In this document: positions 37,271 through 45,264 of the stretch, one piece after another
How positions within the stretch are numbered: position 1 is the first letter of the stretch
Layout of the letters: each line of letters starts with the position of its first letter
Source of the DNA: Caproicibacter sp.
Lineage (GTDB): Bacteria > Bacillota > Clostridia > Oscillospirales > Acutalibacteraceae
Direction: 5' to 3'
NCBI GenBank assembly: GCA_036844765.1
Contig: DAIUFE010000001.1
Span: forward strand, 45,921 to 109,920
Length of the DNA: 64,000 bases
Notes under the pieces: generated by a model
Told to the model about the DNA's origin: nothing
Databases searched by the model: none
What the model saw: the letters and a program-made list of their open reading frames with translations, nothing else
Position numbers and translations under genes: made by a program

Positions 37271-38484
37271 ATCGAAAGACCCTCCTCGTTGGAACTCGGC
37301 AGAACGGCGACCCCGGACGTTTCCTCCAGCCCGCAGGGGCACGCGCCGGGCATGCAGAGGGCGTAGAGGTCGGCCGCCCTGTTTTCAAGCCGGAACAGGC
37401 TTCTCGCCGCCTCGCCCAGCGGCCGGACGTCCGCCCGCCGGGAAACGACGGGGAGCGCGCCGACCTCCTTCGCTTTCCTCAGGATCGCGGCGCCGCCCCG
37501 GCCGATGCCGAGCACGCGCAGGTACGGCACCGGCCCGGCGCTGTCGGAAGCGCGCAGGCCCAGAAAAGCGGAAAGCACGATCCGCCGGATCCTGGCGTGG
37601 GGATACCGCTTCGTCTTTGCCAGGGCGTAAAGCTCCTCCAGCGTCCCCGCCCGCCGGGAGGCGGCGTACACGCGGTTCTCCAGCCCTTCGCTGAGATCCG
37701 GCAGGCGGGAGAAGTCCTCCCGTTTTAAGGTCCGGAGCTTCGCGAGAATCCCGCGCTCCAGAAAGGAAAGCCCCGCGGGAGCGCGGCCGGCTTTCAGTTC
37801 TTCCCGCAGAATGCCGAAAGCGGGCGGGGGCATATATGCCGCGCACGCGCGCCCGCCGCGGATCATCGCGCGCAGGCTGGCGGACGAGGCCGAGGCTCCG
37901 TCGGGCCGCAGGTCGCCGTGCGCCGCGCCCGTCCGCCGGACGGCGAACGGCTCCATCCGGGAGCCGAGCCGCTCCAGCGCCTTGAGGTACTCAATGCCGA
38001 GAATATCGTTGGGGCCGCGGAGCAGTTCGGCGGTTTCGGGGCCGAAGACCTCCCCGGCCGCCTTCTGGCGGGCGGCGGCGAACGTCGCCCCGCCCTCCAG
38101 CTCCCGGCGCAGCGCCCGGCGGAGCAGCGGCGAAGAGAGCGCCCCCGAAGCCTGCCTCAGCCGGTCCGCGGAGCCGCATTCGCTGCCGAAGCCGAGAACG
38201 TCCGCGCCGAGGGCATTGAGGACGGAGACTCCGCCGAACGCGAATTTTTCCGCGCCGGCGACGGCCCACGGCAGCGGGATCTCGACGACCAGATCCGCGC
38301 CGCAGAGCAGGGCCTGCCTTGCCCTGGCCCATTTTGAAAGGACGGCCGCCTCGCCGCGCTGGACAAAATTTCCGCTCATGGCGACCGCGACGAGATCGGC
38401 GCCGTTTTCCCGCAGGATGCGGATCAGGCGGGCGTGGCCGCTGTGAAACGGGTTGAACTCGGCCACGATCCCGGCTGTCTTCAT
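37267..38484 (-). CDS. tmcAL: tRNA(Met) cytidine acetate ligase (YlbM/UPF0348 nucleotidyltransferase)
   Basis: 405-aa ORF. MKTAGIVAEFNPFHSGHARLI...AVAMSGNFVQRGEAAVLSKWARA closely parallels the B. subtilis YlbM N-terminus. Confidence 0.88.
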   Translation of the reverse strand: MKTAGIVAEFNPFHSGHARLIRILRENGADLVAVAMSGNFVQRGEAAVLSKWARARQALLCGADLVVEIPLPWAVAGAEKFAFGGVSVLNALGADVLGFGSECGSADRLRQASGALSSPLLRRALRRELEGGATFAAARQKAAGEVFGPETAELLRGPNDILGIEYLKALERLGSRMEPFAVRRTGAAHGDLRPDGASASSASLRAMIRGGRACAAYMPPPAFGILREELKAGRAPAGLSFLERGILAKLRTLKREDFSRLPDLSEGLENRVYAASRRAGTLEELYALAKTKRYPHARIRRIVLSAFLGLRASDSAGPVPYLRVLGIGRGGAAILRKAKEVGALPVVSRRADVRPLGEAARSLFRLENRAADLYALCMPGACPCGLEETSGVAVLPSSNEEGLSI

Positions 38485-38656
38485 TTTATGCGAAACTCCT
38501 TGAATTTACACACTGTTTGTATTATTATAATAAGCGGTCTGTCCGTTTTATTATGGCAGATTTCCGCCTTTTTATTGTACACGGTTTCCGTTCCCGTTTC
38601 AATAGACGGAATTCTTTTTGCTGATTATTAAATATACGATAGACGGGGGTCCATGC

Positions 38657-39910
38657 ATGAAGATTTTGGTTATCAACGCAGGAAGTTCCTCATTAAAGTA
38701 TCAGCTGATCGACATGGATACGGAAAAAATGATGGCGAAAGGCATCTGCGACAGGATCGGGACGGACGGGGCGTTCATCAAGTACCAGAAAGCGGGAAGG
38801 GACGCCAAAAAGTCCGTCCGCCCGATCAAGAACCACGTCGAGGCTTTCCGGCTCGTGACGGAGGCGCTGGTCAGCAAGGAGTCGGGAGTGATCTCCGATC
38901 TTTCCGAGATCAGCGCCGTCGGCCACCGGATCGTGCAGGGGGGCTCCATCTTCGACAAATCCGTTCTGGTTACGGACGAGGTCATCCGCCAGATCCAGAG
39001 CCTGATCCCGCTGGCGCCGCTCCACAACAAGTCGGAGGTGGACGCCATCCTCGCCAGCCGGGAGGTCTTCGGGGACAAGATGCCGCAGTGCGTGGTCTTC
39101 GACACGTCGTTCCACTCCACCATGCCGGAAAAAGCGTACCTGTATGCGATCCCCTACGAATATTACGAGAAGTACAAGGTCCGCCGCTACGGCTTTCACG
39201 GCACGTCGCACCGCTATGTGAGCCACCACTGCGCGCACCTGATGCACCAGCCGCTCGAGGACATCAAGATGATCACCTGCCACATCGGCAACGGCTCCTC
39301 CATCGCGGCGATCCAGAACGGCAAGGTCATCGACACCAGCATGGGTCTCACGCCGCTGGACGGGTTCATGATGGGCACGCGTTCCGGCGCGCTGGACCCC
39401 TCCGTCGTCACGTTCATTATGGAGAAGGAGCACCTGACCCCGAAGCAGATGAACGATATCCTCAACAAAAAATCCGGCACGCTCGGCATCTGCGGCATGA
39501 GCGACGACCGGGACGTCACCGAGGCCGAGATCCGCGGCAACCACCGGGCCAACCTCGCCCACGAGATGCTGAATTACCAGATCACGAAATTCATCGGCGC
39601 CTACGCCGCCGCGATGAACGGGGTGGACTGCATCGTGTTCACGGCGGGGCTGGGGGAGAACCAGCCGATCATCCGGTACGGCGTCTGCCGCAGCCTGCGC
39701 TTTCTGGGCGTCAAGATCGACCCGATCCTGAACGACGAATATATCCACGGCAGGGAAGGCAAGATCTCCACATTCGACTCGACCGTCTCCGTCTACGTGA
39801 TCAACACGAACGAGGAGCTGGTCATCGCCCGCGACACCAAGCAGATCGTGGACAGGCTGGCCTACGCCTCGACGCCGGACCGCACCCACGTCGATCTGGA
39901 GGACGTCTGA
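38657..39910 (+). CDS. ackA: acetate kinase
   Basis: From ORF 38618..39910, with the start moved to MKILVINAGSSSLKYQL. Blocks VGHRIVQGG, FDTSFH, YGFHGTSH and FTAGLGEN support the call. Beyond the family-typical end I recognise, the protein carries a C-terminal extension (DRLAYASTPDRTHVDLEDV). Confidence 0.94.
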   Translation: MKILVINAGSSSLKYQLIDMDTEKMMAKGICDRIGTDGAFIKYQKAGRDAKKSVRPIKNHVEAFRLVTEALVSKESGVISDLSEISAVGHRIVQGGSIFDKSVLVTDEVIRQIQSLIPLAPLHNKSEVDAILASREVFGDKMPQCVVFDTSFHSTMPEKAYLYAIPYEYYEKYKVRRYGFHGTSHRYVSHHCAHLMHQPLEDIKMITCHIGNGSSIAAIQNGKVIDTSMGLTPLDGFMMGTRSGALDPSVVTFIMEKEHLTPKQMNDILNKKSGTLGICGMSDDRDVTEAEIRGNHRANLAHEMLNYQITKFIGAYAAAMNGVDCIVFTAGLGENQPIIRYGVCRSLRFLGVKIDPILNDEYIHGREGKISTFDSTVSVYVINTNEELVIARDTKQIVDRLAYASTPDRTHVDLEDV

Positions 39911-39941
39911 GGACCGGTTCCAGTTTGTATATTGACGGTCG

Positions 39942-39979
39942 CCCCACGCATATAAATGATGCGGTGGGGTGATTTTTTT
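39942..39979 (+). terminator. terminator after ackA, overlapping the cwlD start region
   Basis: Stem CCCCACGCAT / ATGCGGTGGGG (one bulge), followed by TGATTTTTTT. Confidence 0.55.
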
Positions 39980-40697
39980 GAACTCGACGAAGAGCAACGC
40001 GGTCCCGATTTTCGTCCTGATCCTGTGCTGCCTGGCCTTTCTGCTGTTTTCGTTCATCTCCTGCGACAGGATCGGGAAGATGGCCTCGGCCCTCGCGCGC
40101 GAGACGCCGCGGACCATCGTCGTCGACGCGGGCCACGGCGGGGAGGACGGGGGAGCCGTCTCAAAATCGGGCGTCTCGGAAAAAAACATCAATCTCGCCG
40201 TCGCCGAGGACCTGCGGCAGCTTCTGCAGGCTTCCGGTTTCCGCGTCGTGATGACGCGTACGTCGGACGTTTCGATCTCGGACGATCTGGACACCATCCG
40301 CGAGCGGAAAACGAGCGACCTCCACAACCGCATGAAGATTGTCGAATCGCAGGGCGACTGCGTTTTCGTCAGCATCCACCAGAACCAGTTCCCGCAGAGC
40401 CGGTACCACGGCGCGCAGGTTTTTTATTCCGGGAACACGGATTCCTCCAAGTCCCTCGCGGAGGCGATCCGCGGCAGGATCGTGGGGATGCTCCAGAAGG
40501 ACAACACCCGCCAGACGAAGCCGGCCACCAGCTCGATCTATCTTCTCTACCACGCGAAGGTGCCGGCCGTCCTGGTCGAGTGCGGTTTTCTCTCCAACGA
40601 CGCCGAAGCCGCGCTCCTTCAGGACGAAGCCTACCAGAAAAAAATGGCGTTCGCCATCTACTGCGGTCTGCTGGATTTCTGCACGGGAAAGGCCTGA
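39969..40697 (+). CDS. cwlD: N-acetylmuramoyl-L-alanine amidase, CwlD-like (germination-specific)
   Basis: 242-aa ORF with a GTG start and an N-terminal TM helix. IVVDAGHGGEDGGAVS and VSIHQNQF motifs. Its size and architecture match CwlD. Confidence 0.8.
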   Translation: MIFLNSTKSNAVPIFVLILCCLAFLLFSFISCDRIGKMASALARETPRTIVVDAGHGGEDGGAVSKSGVSEKNINLAVAEDLRQLLQASGFRVVMTRTSDVSISDDLDTIRERKTSDLHNRMKIVESQGDCVFVSIHQNQFPQSRYHGAQVFYSGNTDSSKSLAEAIRGRIVGMLQKDNTRQTKPATSSIYLLYHAKVPAVLVECGFLSNDAEAALLQDEAYQKKMAFAIYCGLLDFCTGKA

Positions 40698-40770
40698 GCG
40701 GGCCTTTCTTGTATTTGCGGTCCGAATCCGATATAATGGGGAGGAAAAAGCCGGGAATGAAGGTTGCGAG

Positions 40771-42174
40771 ATGGCCGGAAAAGCAAAGAGCGTCTACGTC
40801 TGTTCTCAGTGCGGTTTTGAGTCCCCGAAATGGTTCGGGAAATGCCCGGGCTGCGGGCAGTGGAATACGATGGAGGAAGAGGTCCGGGAGCCGGCGGTAA
40901 AGAAGCCGTTTTCCGCCGCCCGGAGGAGCGCCGTGCGCCCCGTGCCGATCTCGGAGATCAGCATGGCGGAAGAAGCGCGGTACCGCACGGGACTGAGCGA
41001 GCTGGACCGCGTCCTCGGCGGCGGAATCGTCAAGGGCTCGCTGATCCTGATCAGCGGCGAGCCGGGGATCGGCAAATCGACCATTCTGCTCCAGATCTGC
41101 GGATTTCTGGGACAAACCCTTAAAATTCTGTATGTATCCGGGGAGGAATCCGCCCGGCAGATCAAGCTGCGGGCCGCCCGCCTGGGGGTGGAGGGCCGGA
41201 ACCTCTACGTACTGGCGGAGACGGACCTGAACGCCGTCCTCGAGCAGGTCCGCGCGGAAAGACCCGACCTGCTGATGATCGATTCCATCCAGACCATGAA
41301 CGACACGGACCTCAGTTCCTCGCCGGGCAGCGTGACGCAGGTGCGGGAATGCACCGCCGCCGTGATGCGCACGGCCAAAACGCTCGAGATTCCCGCCCTG
41401 CTCGTCGGTCACGTGAACAAGGACGGGGCGATCGCGGGCCCGAAAGTGCTGGAGCACATCGTCGACACCGTGCTGTATTTCGAGGGGGACCGCCAGATGC
41501 CCTACCGGATCCTCCGCGCGGTCAAGAACCGGTACGGCTCGACCAACGAGATCGGCGTGTTCGACATGGGGGAGAACGGCCTGCGGCAGGTGGAGAACCC
41601 GTCCCTCGCGCTGCTCTCCGGCAGACCGAAGCACGTGGCGGGGACCTGCGTGACCTGCATGATGGAGGGCTCCCGCCCGATCCTCGCGGAGATCCAGGGC
41701 CTGGCGACGACCTCCGGCTTCGGGACGCCGCGCCGGATGTCCACCGGCTTCGATTACAACCGGATGTCCCTGCTCCTCGCGGTTCTTGAAAAGCGGGCGG
41801 GCTTCTATTTTTCCAACCTCGACGCCTATGTAAACGTCGTGGGCGGCCTGCGGCTCGACGAACCGGCGGGCGACCTCGCGGTGGCTCTCTCGCTGATCTC
41901 GAGCCTGAAGGACATTCCGGTGGACGGCGGGACCATCGTTTTCGGGGAGATCGGTCTGGCGGGCGAGCTGCGCGCCGTCACGCATGCGCAGGCGCGCATC
42001 AGCGAGGCCGGCCGGCTCGGCTTTGAACGGTGCGTCCTCCCCGTCCACTGCCTGGAGCGCCTCGGCGGCAGGTCCGCCTCCATCCGCCTGGTCGGCGTCA
42101 GGACCGTGCGGGAGGCGTTTGAGGCTGCTGCGGAGCGGCCGGCCGGCGGCCCTCCCGCGGCGCGCGGGGAATGA
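40771..42174 (+). CDS. radA: DNA repair protein RadA/Sms
   Basis: In-frame tail of ORF 40339..42174 from ATG 40771. It has a zinc finger (CSQCGFESPKWFGKCPGCGQWNT), Walker A GEPGIGKST, the KNRYG motif and a Lon-like C-terminal domain. Confidence 0.95.
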   Translation: MAGKAKSVYVCSQCGFESPKWFGKCPGCGQWNTMEEEVREPAVKKPFSAARRSAVRPVPISEISMAEEARYRTGLSELDRVLGGGIVKGSLILISGEPGIGKSTILLQICGFLGQTLKILYVSGEESARQIKLRAARLGVEGRNLYVLAETDLNAVLEQVRAERPDLLMIDSIQTMNDTDLSSSPGSVTQVRECTAAVMRTAKTLEIPALLVGHVNKDGAIAGPKVLEHIVDTVLYFEGDRQMPYRILRAVKNRYGSTNEIGVFDMGENGLRQVENPSLALLSGRPKHVAGTCVTCMMEGSRPILAEIQGLATTSGFGTPRRMSTGFDYNRMSLLLAVLEKRAGFYFSNLDAYVNVVGGLRLDEPAGDLAVALSLISSLKDIPVDGGTIVFGEIGLAGELRAVTHAQARISEAGRLGFERCVLPVHCLERLGGRSASIRLVGVRTVREAFEAAAERPAGGPPAARGE

Positions 42175-42292
42175 CTTTGATGCAGTGGACGCATCCGTTC
42201 CCGGTGTAGTTGGTAATCGCGGAGGGCATGTCCAGCGCGCAATACCCGTCTTTCTGATAGATGCAGTCCACGTCGCACTGAATCAGGCTCAT
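42098..42292 (-). CDS. small Cys-rich protein (hypothetical); its 3' end overlaps radA convergently
   Basis: 64-aa ORF with GAGGTGA 6 nt upstream. The MSLIQCDVDCIYQKDGYCALD...GNGCVHCIK core has 5 Cys. The Pro/Arg-rich tail is antisense to radA. Confidence 0.5.
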   Translation of the reverse strand: MSLIQCDVDCIYQKDGYCALDMPSAITNYTGNGCVHCIKVIPRAPREGRRPAAPQQPQTPPARS

Positions 42293-42406
42293 CGTTCTGT
42301 CACCTCGTTTTTATTCTGAAGTTTTTTCTCAAAATTATTCGTCGCTTTGGTCGCGGCGCGGCTAATATTTTCCCGTTCCCCACACAGAATAACCAGGGAC
42401 GGGGGA

Positions 42407-43408
42407 ATGAGAATGAACAAATTCGGAATGCTGTTCGCCGCGACGGGCGTCGCGCTCGCGGCGATCCTGACGGCCGGCCGGCTGGTGACGGGCTCCATGG
42501 TCCGGGTGACGGCGGTCAAAATGACTCCCAGCACGGCGGAAAATACGGTCGTCTGCTCGGGAAAAATCGAGTCGATGGACGCCAGAAGCGTCTATCCATC
42601 CTGCAACGCGACGACGCGGCAGGTCTATGTCAGGGAAGGGGACAGGGTTTCCGCCGGCCAGGTCCTGATGAAGGTTACGCCGCTGGCCGGTTTGGCCGGC
42701 TCGCAGCCGTCTTACGAGGACGCCTACGGCGCCTATTCCGCATACTTAAACCAATCGGCCTCCTCCCTTCCTTTCCCATCGGGAAGCGGCGCCGGAAACG
42801 GGGAAACGGCCGTCGTCGCCCCGATCAGCGGCACCGTGGAATCGCTTGCGGCCGCGGGGGAAGGGGAATACCTTTCCGCCGATAAGCCGGCCGTGGTGAT
42901 CCGGAACAGCCAGGACGTCCAGGTCCGGGTGCAGGTGGGGGAATCGCAGGCGGCGGAGCTGAAAACAGGGCAGAAGGCTCGGGTCTCCGGGGTCGGGTTC
43001 CAATCGGTCTATGACGGCACGGTCGATTCCATCGCCGCGGAAGCCAAGCAGCAGATCACCGCCACGGGACAGGAAACGATCGTCGAAACCGTCGTCAAAA
43101 TCAAAGACCCCGGCCCGGACATCAAGCCCGGTTTTTCGGCAAAGGTCTCCATCACCGTTTCGGACAGCAAAAACGTGCTGATCGTCCCCTATGAGGCCGT
43201 GCGGGCGGACGACGACGGAAACGAGTACGTGTTTCTCGCGGTCCGGGGGAAAGCCGTCAAAACGCCCGTGACCACCGGGAGGGAATTCGACAGCGGGTTC
43301 GAGATCAAGAGCGGCGTCTCGGCGGATGACGCGGTGATCCTGGAGCCGGACGCCGTTTCCGACGGAACCCGCATCCTGACGGCCTACCGGAAGGCGGGGG
43401 ATCTTTAA
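42407..43408 (+). CDS. efflux transporter periplasmic adaptor (HlyD/MacA-like membrane fusion protein)
   Basis: From ORF 42347..43408, with the start moved to MRMNKFGMLFAATG (TM anchor). It has a lipoyl/beta-barrel pattern (VREGDRVSAGQVLMKV ... APISGTV ... VLIVPYEAV). Confidence 0.8.
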   Translation: MRMNKFGMLFAATGVALAAILTAGRLVTGSMVRVTAVKMTPSTAENTVVCSGKIESMDARSVYPSCNATTRQVYVREGDRVSAGQVLMKVTPLAGLAGSQPSYEDAYGAYSAYLNQSASSLPFPSGSGAGNGETAVVAPISGTVESLAAAGEGEYLSADKPAVVIRNSQDVQVRVQVGESQAAELKTGQKARVSGVGFQSVYDGTVDSIAAEAKQQITATGQETIVETVVKIKDPGPDIKPGFSAKVSITVSDSKNVLIVPYEAVRADDDGNEYVFLAVRGKAVKTPVTTGREFDSGFEIKSGVSADDAVILEPDAVSDGTRILTAYRKAGDL

Positions 43409-43409
43409 G

Positions 43410-44597
43410 GTGATGGACTTTGCCAAATCCGCCTTCCGCAACCTCGGGCGAAAGCGGGGCAGAACGGCACTCACCGTGCTGGGCATCGCCATCGGCGTGG
43501 CCTCGGTGGTCCTTGTGGCGAACATCAGCCAGAGCGGCATCGGCGCGGTCACCAACGAGCTGGAGAGCCTGGGCCTGAGCGGGCTGACCGTCTCGACCTC
43601 CCAGAACGCCGAGGCCGTCTCGCTGAACGAGAACGATCTCTCGCTGATCCGGAAGCTCGGTCCGGTGGAACAGGCGGCGCCCGTTCTGATGGCCTCTTCG
43701 CAGGTCGCTGTCCGGGGCGCGGACCAGCAGGCGGTGCTGTGGGGGATCGATTCCAACGCCGGCGAGATCATTTCCCTGAAGCCCCTTTACGGCAGGCTGC
43801 TGGACAAAAAGGATGTCCTCACCGGGGCGAACGTCTGCCTGGTGGATGAAAACCTCGCTAAAAAAATATATTTCAGAAGCAATATCGTCGGGAAGAAACT
43901 CTCCCTCCTCTGCGGGAATTCGCGGCAGGAATTCACGGTCGCGGGCGTGATCAAAACGGGAACCGGCCTTCTGCAGAACCTGATCGGGGATTATATCCCG
44001 ACTTTCATCTACGTGCCGTACACGACGATCCAGGCCGCCACGCAGCGGAGCGACTACGACCAGATTGCGGTCCGGATCAGAAGCGGAGGCAACGCCGAGA
44101 ATATCGGCCGGCTGATCGTCAACCGGCTCAATGCCGTCAACGGGACGTCGGATGCTTTTCTGTCCAACAACCTGGCCAAGCAGAAGGACGGGCTTCTGCA
44201 CGTGCTGGACCTGGTCACGCTGATCCTCTCGGCCGTAGGGGCGGTTTCGCTTTTGGTCTCCGGGCTGAGCATCATGACGGTCATGCTCGTTTCGGTGCAC
44301 GAGCGCACCCGGGAGATCGGCATCAAAAAGGCGCTGGGGGCCACGCGGGGCGCGATCATGACGGAGTTTCTGTGCGAGGCGGTGATGATCTCGCTGATCG
44401 GCTGCGCGATCGGCCTTGCGGTCGGCTTTCTGGTTTCCGTTCTGGGCGCGCAATACTTTCACACCGCGCTCACCGTGCGGTCGGACATCGTGCTGATGGC
44501 GGCGGGCTTTGCCGTCCTTTCGGGGACGGTTTTCGGGGTGTATCCGGCGTCGCAGGCGGCGCGGATGAAGCCCGTGGACGCGCTCCGGCAGGAATAG
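43410..44597 (+). CDS. ABC transporter permease, MacB/FtsX-like (large extracytoplasmic domain)
   Basis: 395-aa ORF. N-terminal RNLGRKRGRTALTVLGIAIGVASVV, then a C-terminal FtsX block (ERTREIGIKKALGATRGAIMTEF ... GVYPASQAARMKPVDALR). Confidence 0.88.
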   Translation: MMDFAKSAFRNLGRKRGRTALTVLGIAIGVASVVLVANISQSGIGAVTNELESLGLSGLTVSTSQNAEAVSLNENDLSLIRKLGPVEQAAPVLMASSQVAVRGADQQAVLWGIDSNAGEIISLKPLYGRLLDKKDVLTGANVCLVDENLAKKIYFRSNIVGKKLSLLCGNSRQEFTVAGVIKTGTGLLQNLIGDYIPTFIYVPYTTIQAATQRSDYDQIAVRIRSGGNAENIGRLIVNRLNAVNGTSDAFLSNNLAKQKDGLLHVLDLVTLILSAVGAVSLLVSGLSIMTVMLVSVHERTREIGIKKALGATRGAIMTEFLCEAVMISLIGCAIGLAVGFLVSVLGAQYFHTALTVRSDIVLMAAGFAVLSGTVFGVYPASQAARMKPVDALRQE

Positions 44598-44610
44598 GCG
44601 CCGTTGCGGT

Positions 44611-44647
44611 AGAAGGCGGGGAGTGCTCTTGACACTTCCCGCCTTCT
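44611..44647 (+). terminator. terminator hairpin after the MacB-like permease gene
   Basis: 15-bp stem AGAAGGCGGGGAGTG / CACTTCCCGCCTTCT (one G-T pair) with loop CTCTTGA. The downstream sequence is AT-rich. Confidence 0.65.
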
Positions 44648-44657
44648 CGCTTATAAT
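44629..44657 (+). promoter_or_regulatory. perfect consensus sigmaA promoter with no obvious cognate gene
   Basis: TTGACA (44629-44634), exactly 17 nt, then TATAAT (44652-44657). The -35 lies in the loop and 3' arm of the upstream terminator hairpin. Confidence 0.4.
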
Positions 44658-44658
44658 A

Positions 44659-44690
44659 TAATTATACAAAATGAATATTTTGTATAATTA
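44659..44690. repeat. perfect inverted repeat with 14-bp arms and a 4-bp centre
   Basis: TAATTATACAAAAT-GAAT-ATTTTGTATAATTA, read directly. It begins 2 nt after the consensus -10 and ends at an AAGGGGAGGAA tract. Confidence 0.9.
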
Positions 44691-44704
44691 AGGGGAGGAA
44701 CCGC

Positions 44705-45196
44705 TCACGGCGCCTTCCGGCCGCGGCGTTCCATTCCGATCAAGGCCCGTTTGACGGACGGCCCTCCGAAGCTGTATTGCCCGATCGAGCCGTCCTTACG
44801 GATCACCCGGTGGCACGGGATCAGGAACGGCAGCGGATTCTTCGCGACGGCCGTTCCGACCGCGCGGACGCTGCGGCATCCGACGGCTTGTGCCAGCTCG
44901 CTGTAAGAAACGGTGGCGCCGTACGGAACTTTCCGCAGTGCGCGCCAGACGGATACGCAGAGAGGATTTCCGTCCAGCCGGACCGGGATCTCAAACTCCG
45001 TCCGGCGGCCTCGCAGATATTCCCGGATCTGCCGGACCGTATCCCGGCAGACCGGGCAGTCGGATTCCGGTCCGTCGCTCCGGTCCGCCGCAGCCTTTTC
45101 GGAGAGCAGCCGGAGCGACACGACCTCCCGGCCGGTGCAGGTTAGTTCCAGCGTGCCGATATCGGTGCGGAAACGGATGCTGTGAAACTGTTTCAT
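44705..45196 (-). CDS. ogt: methylated-DNA--protein-cysteine methyltransferase
   Basis: 163-aa ORF with the active site IPCHRVI and the helix-turn-wing block VPYGATVSYSELA. Confidence 0.92.
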   Translation of the reverse strand: MKQFHSIRFRTDIGTLELTCTGREVVSLRLLSEKAAADRSDGPESDCPVCRDTVRQIREYLRGRRTEFEIPVRLDGNPLCVSVWRALRKVPYGATVSYSELAQAVGCRSVRAVGTAVAKNPLPFLIPCHRVIRKDGSIGQYSFGGPSVKRALIGMERRGRKAP

Positions 45197-45264
45197 GAGT
45201 TCTCTTCCCTTCTGTTTTACATACGACTGTGAGAAACAAAAAGCACTCAGAAAGGGCGGTCGAA

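Noticed and set aside
38576-38589. Possible CcpA cre site (TGTACACGGTTTCC) upstream of ackA.
   Set aside because: It has two mismatches to the cre consensus TGWNANCGNTNWCA at conserved positions, so it is not distinguishable from chance without a PWM scan.
44645-44673. Interpretation of the AT-rich palindrome region as the chromosomal dif site.
   Set aside because: Manual alignment to the B. subtilis dif (ACTTCCTAGAATATATATTATGTAAACT) gives only about 8-9 of 11 matches in the XerD arm (TTATACAAAAT vs TTATGTAAACT). The XerC arm fits poorly and the spacer register is inconsistent. I keep it only as a minor alternative in the finding until a genome-wide dif and GC-skew analysis is done.
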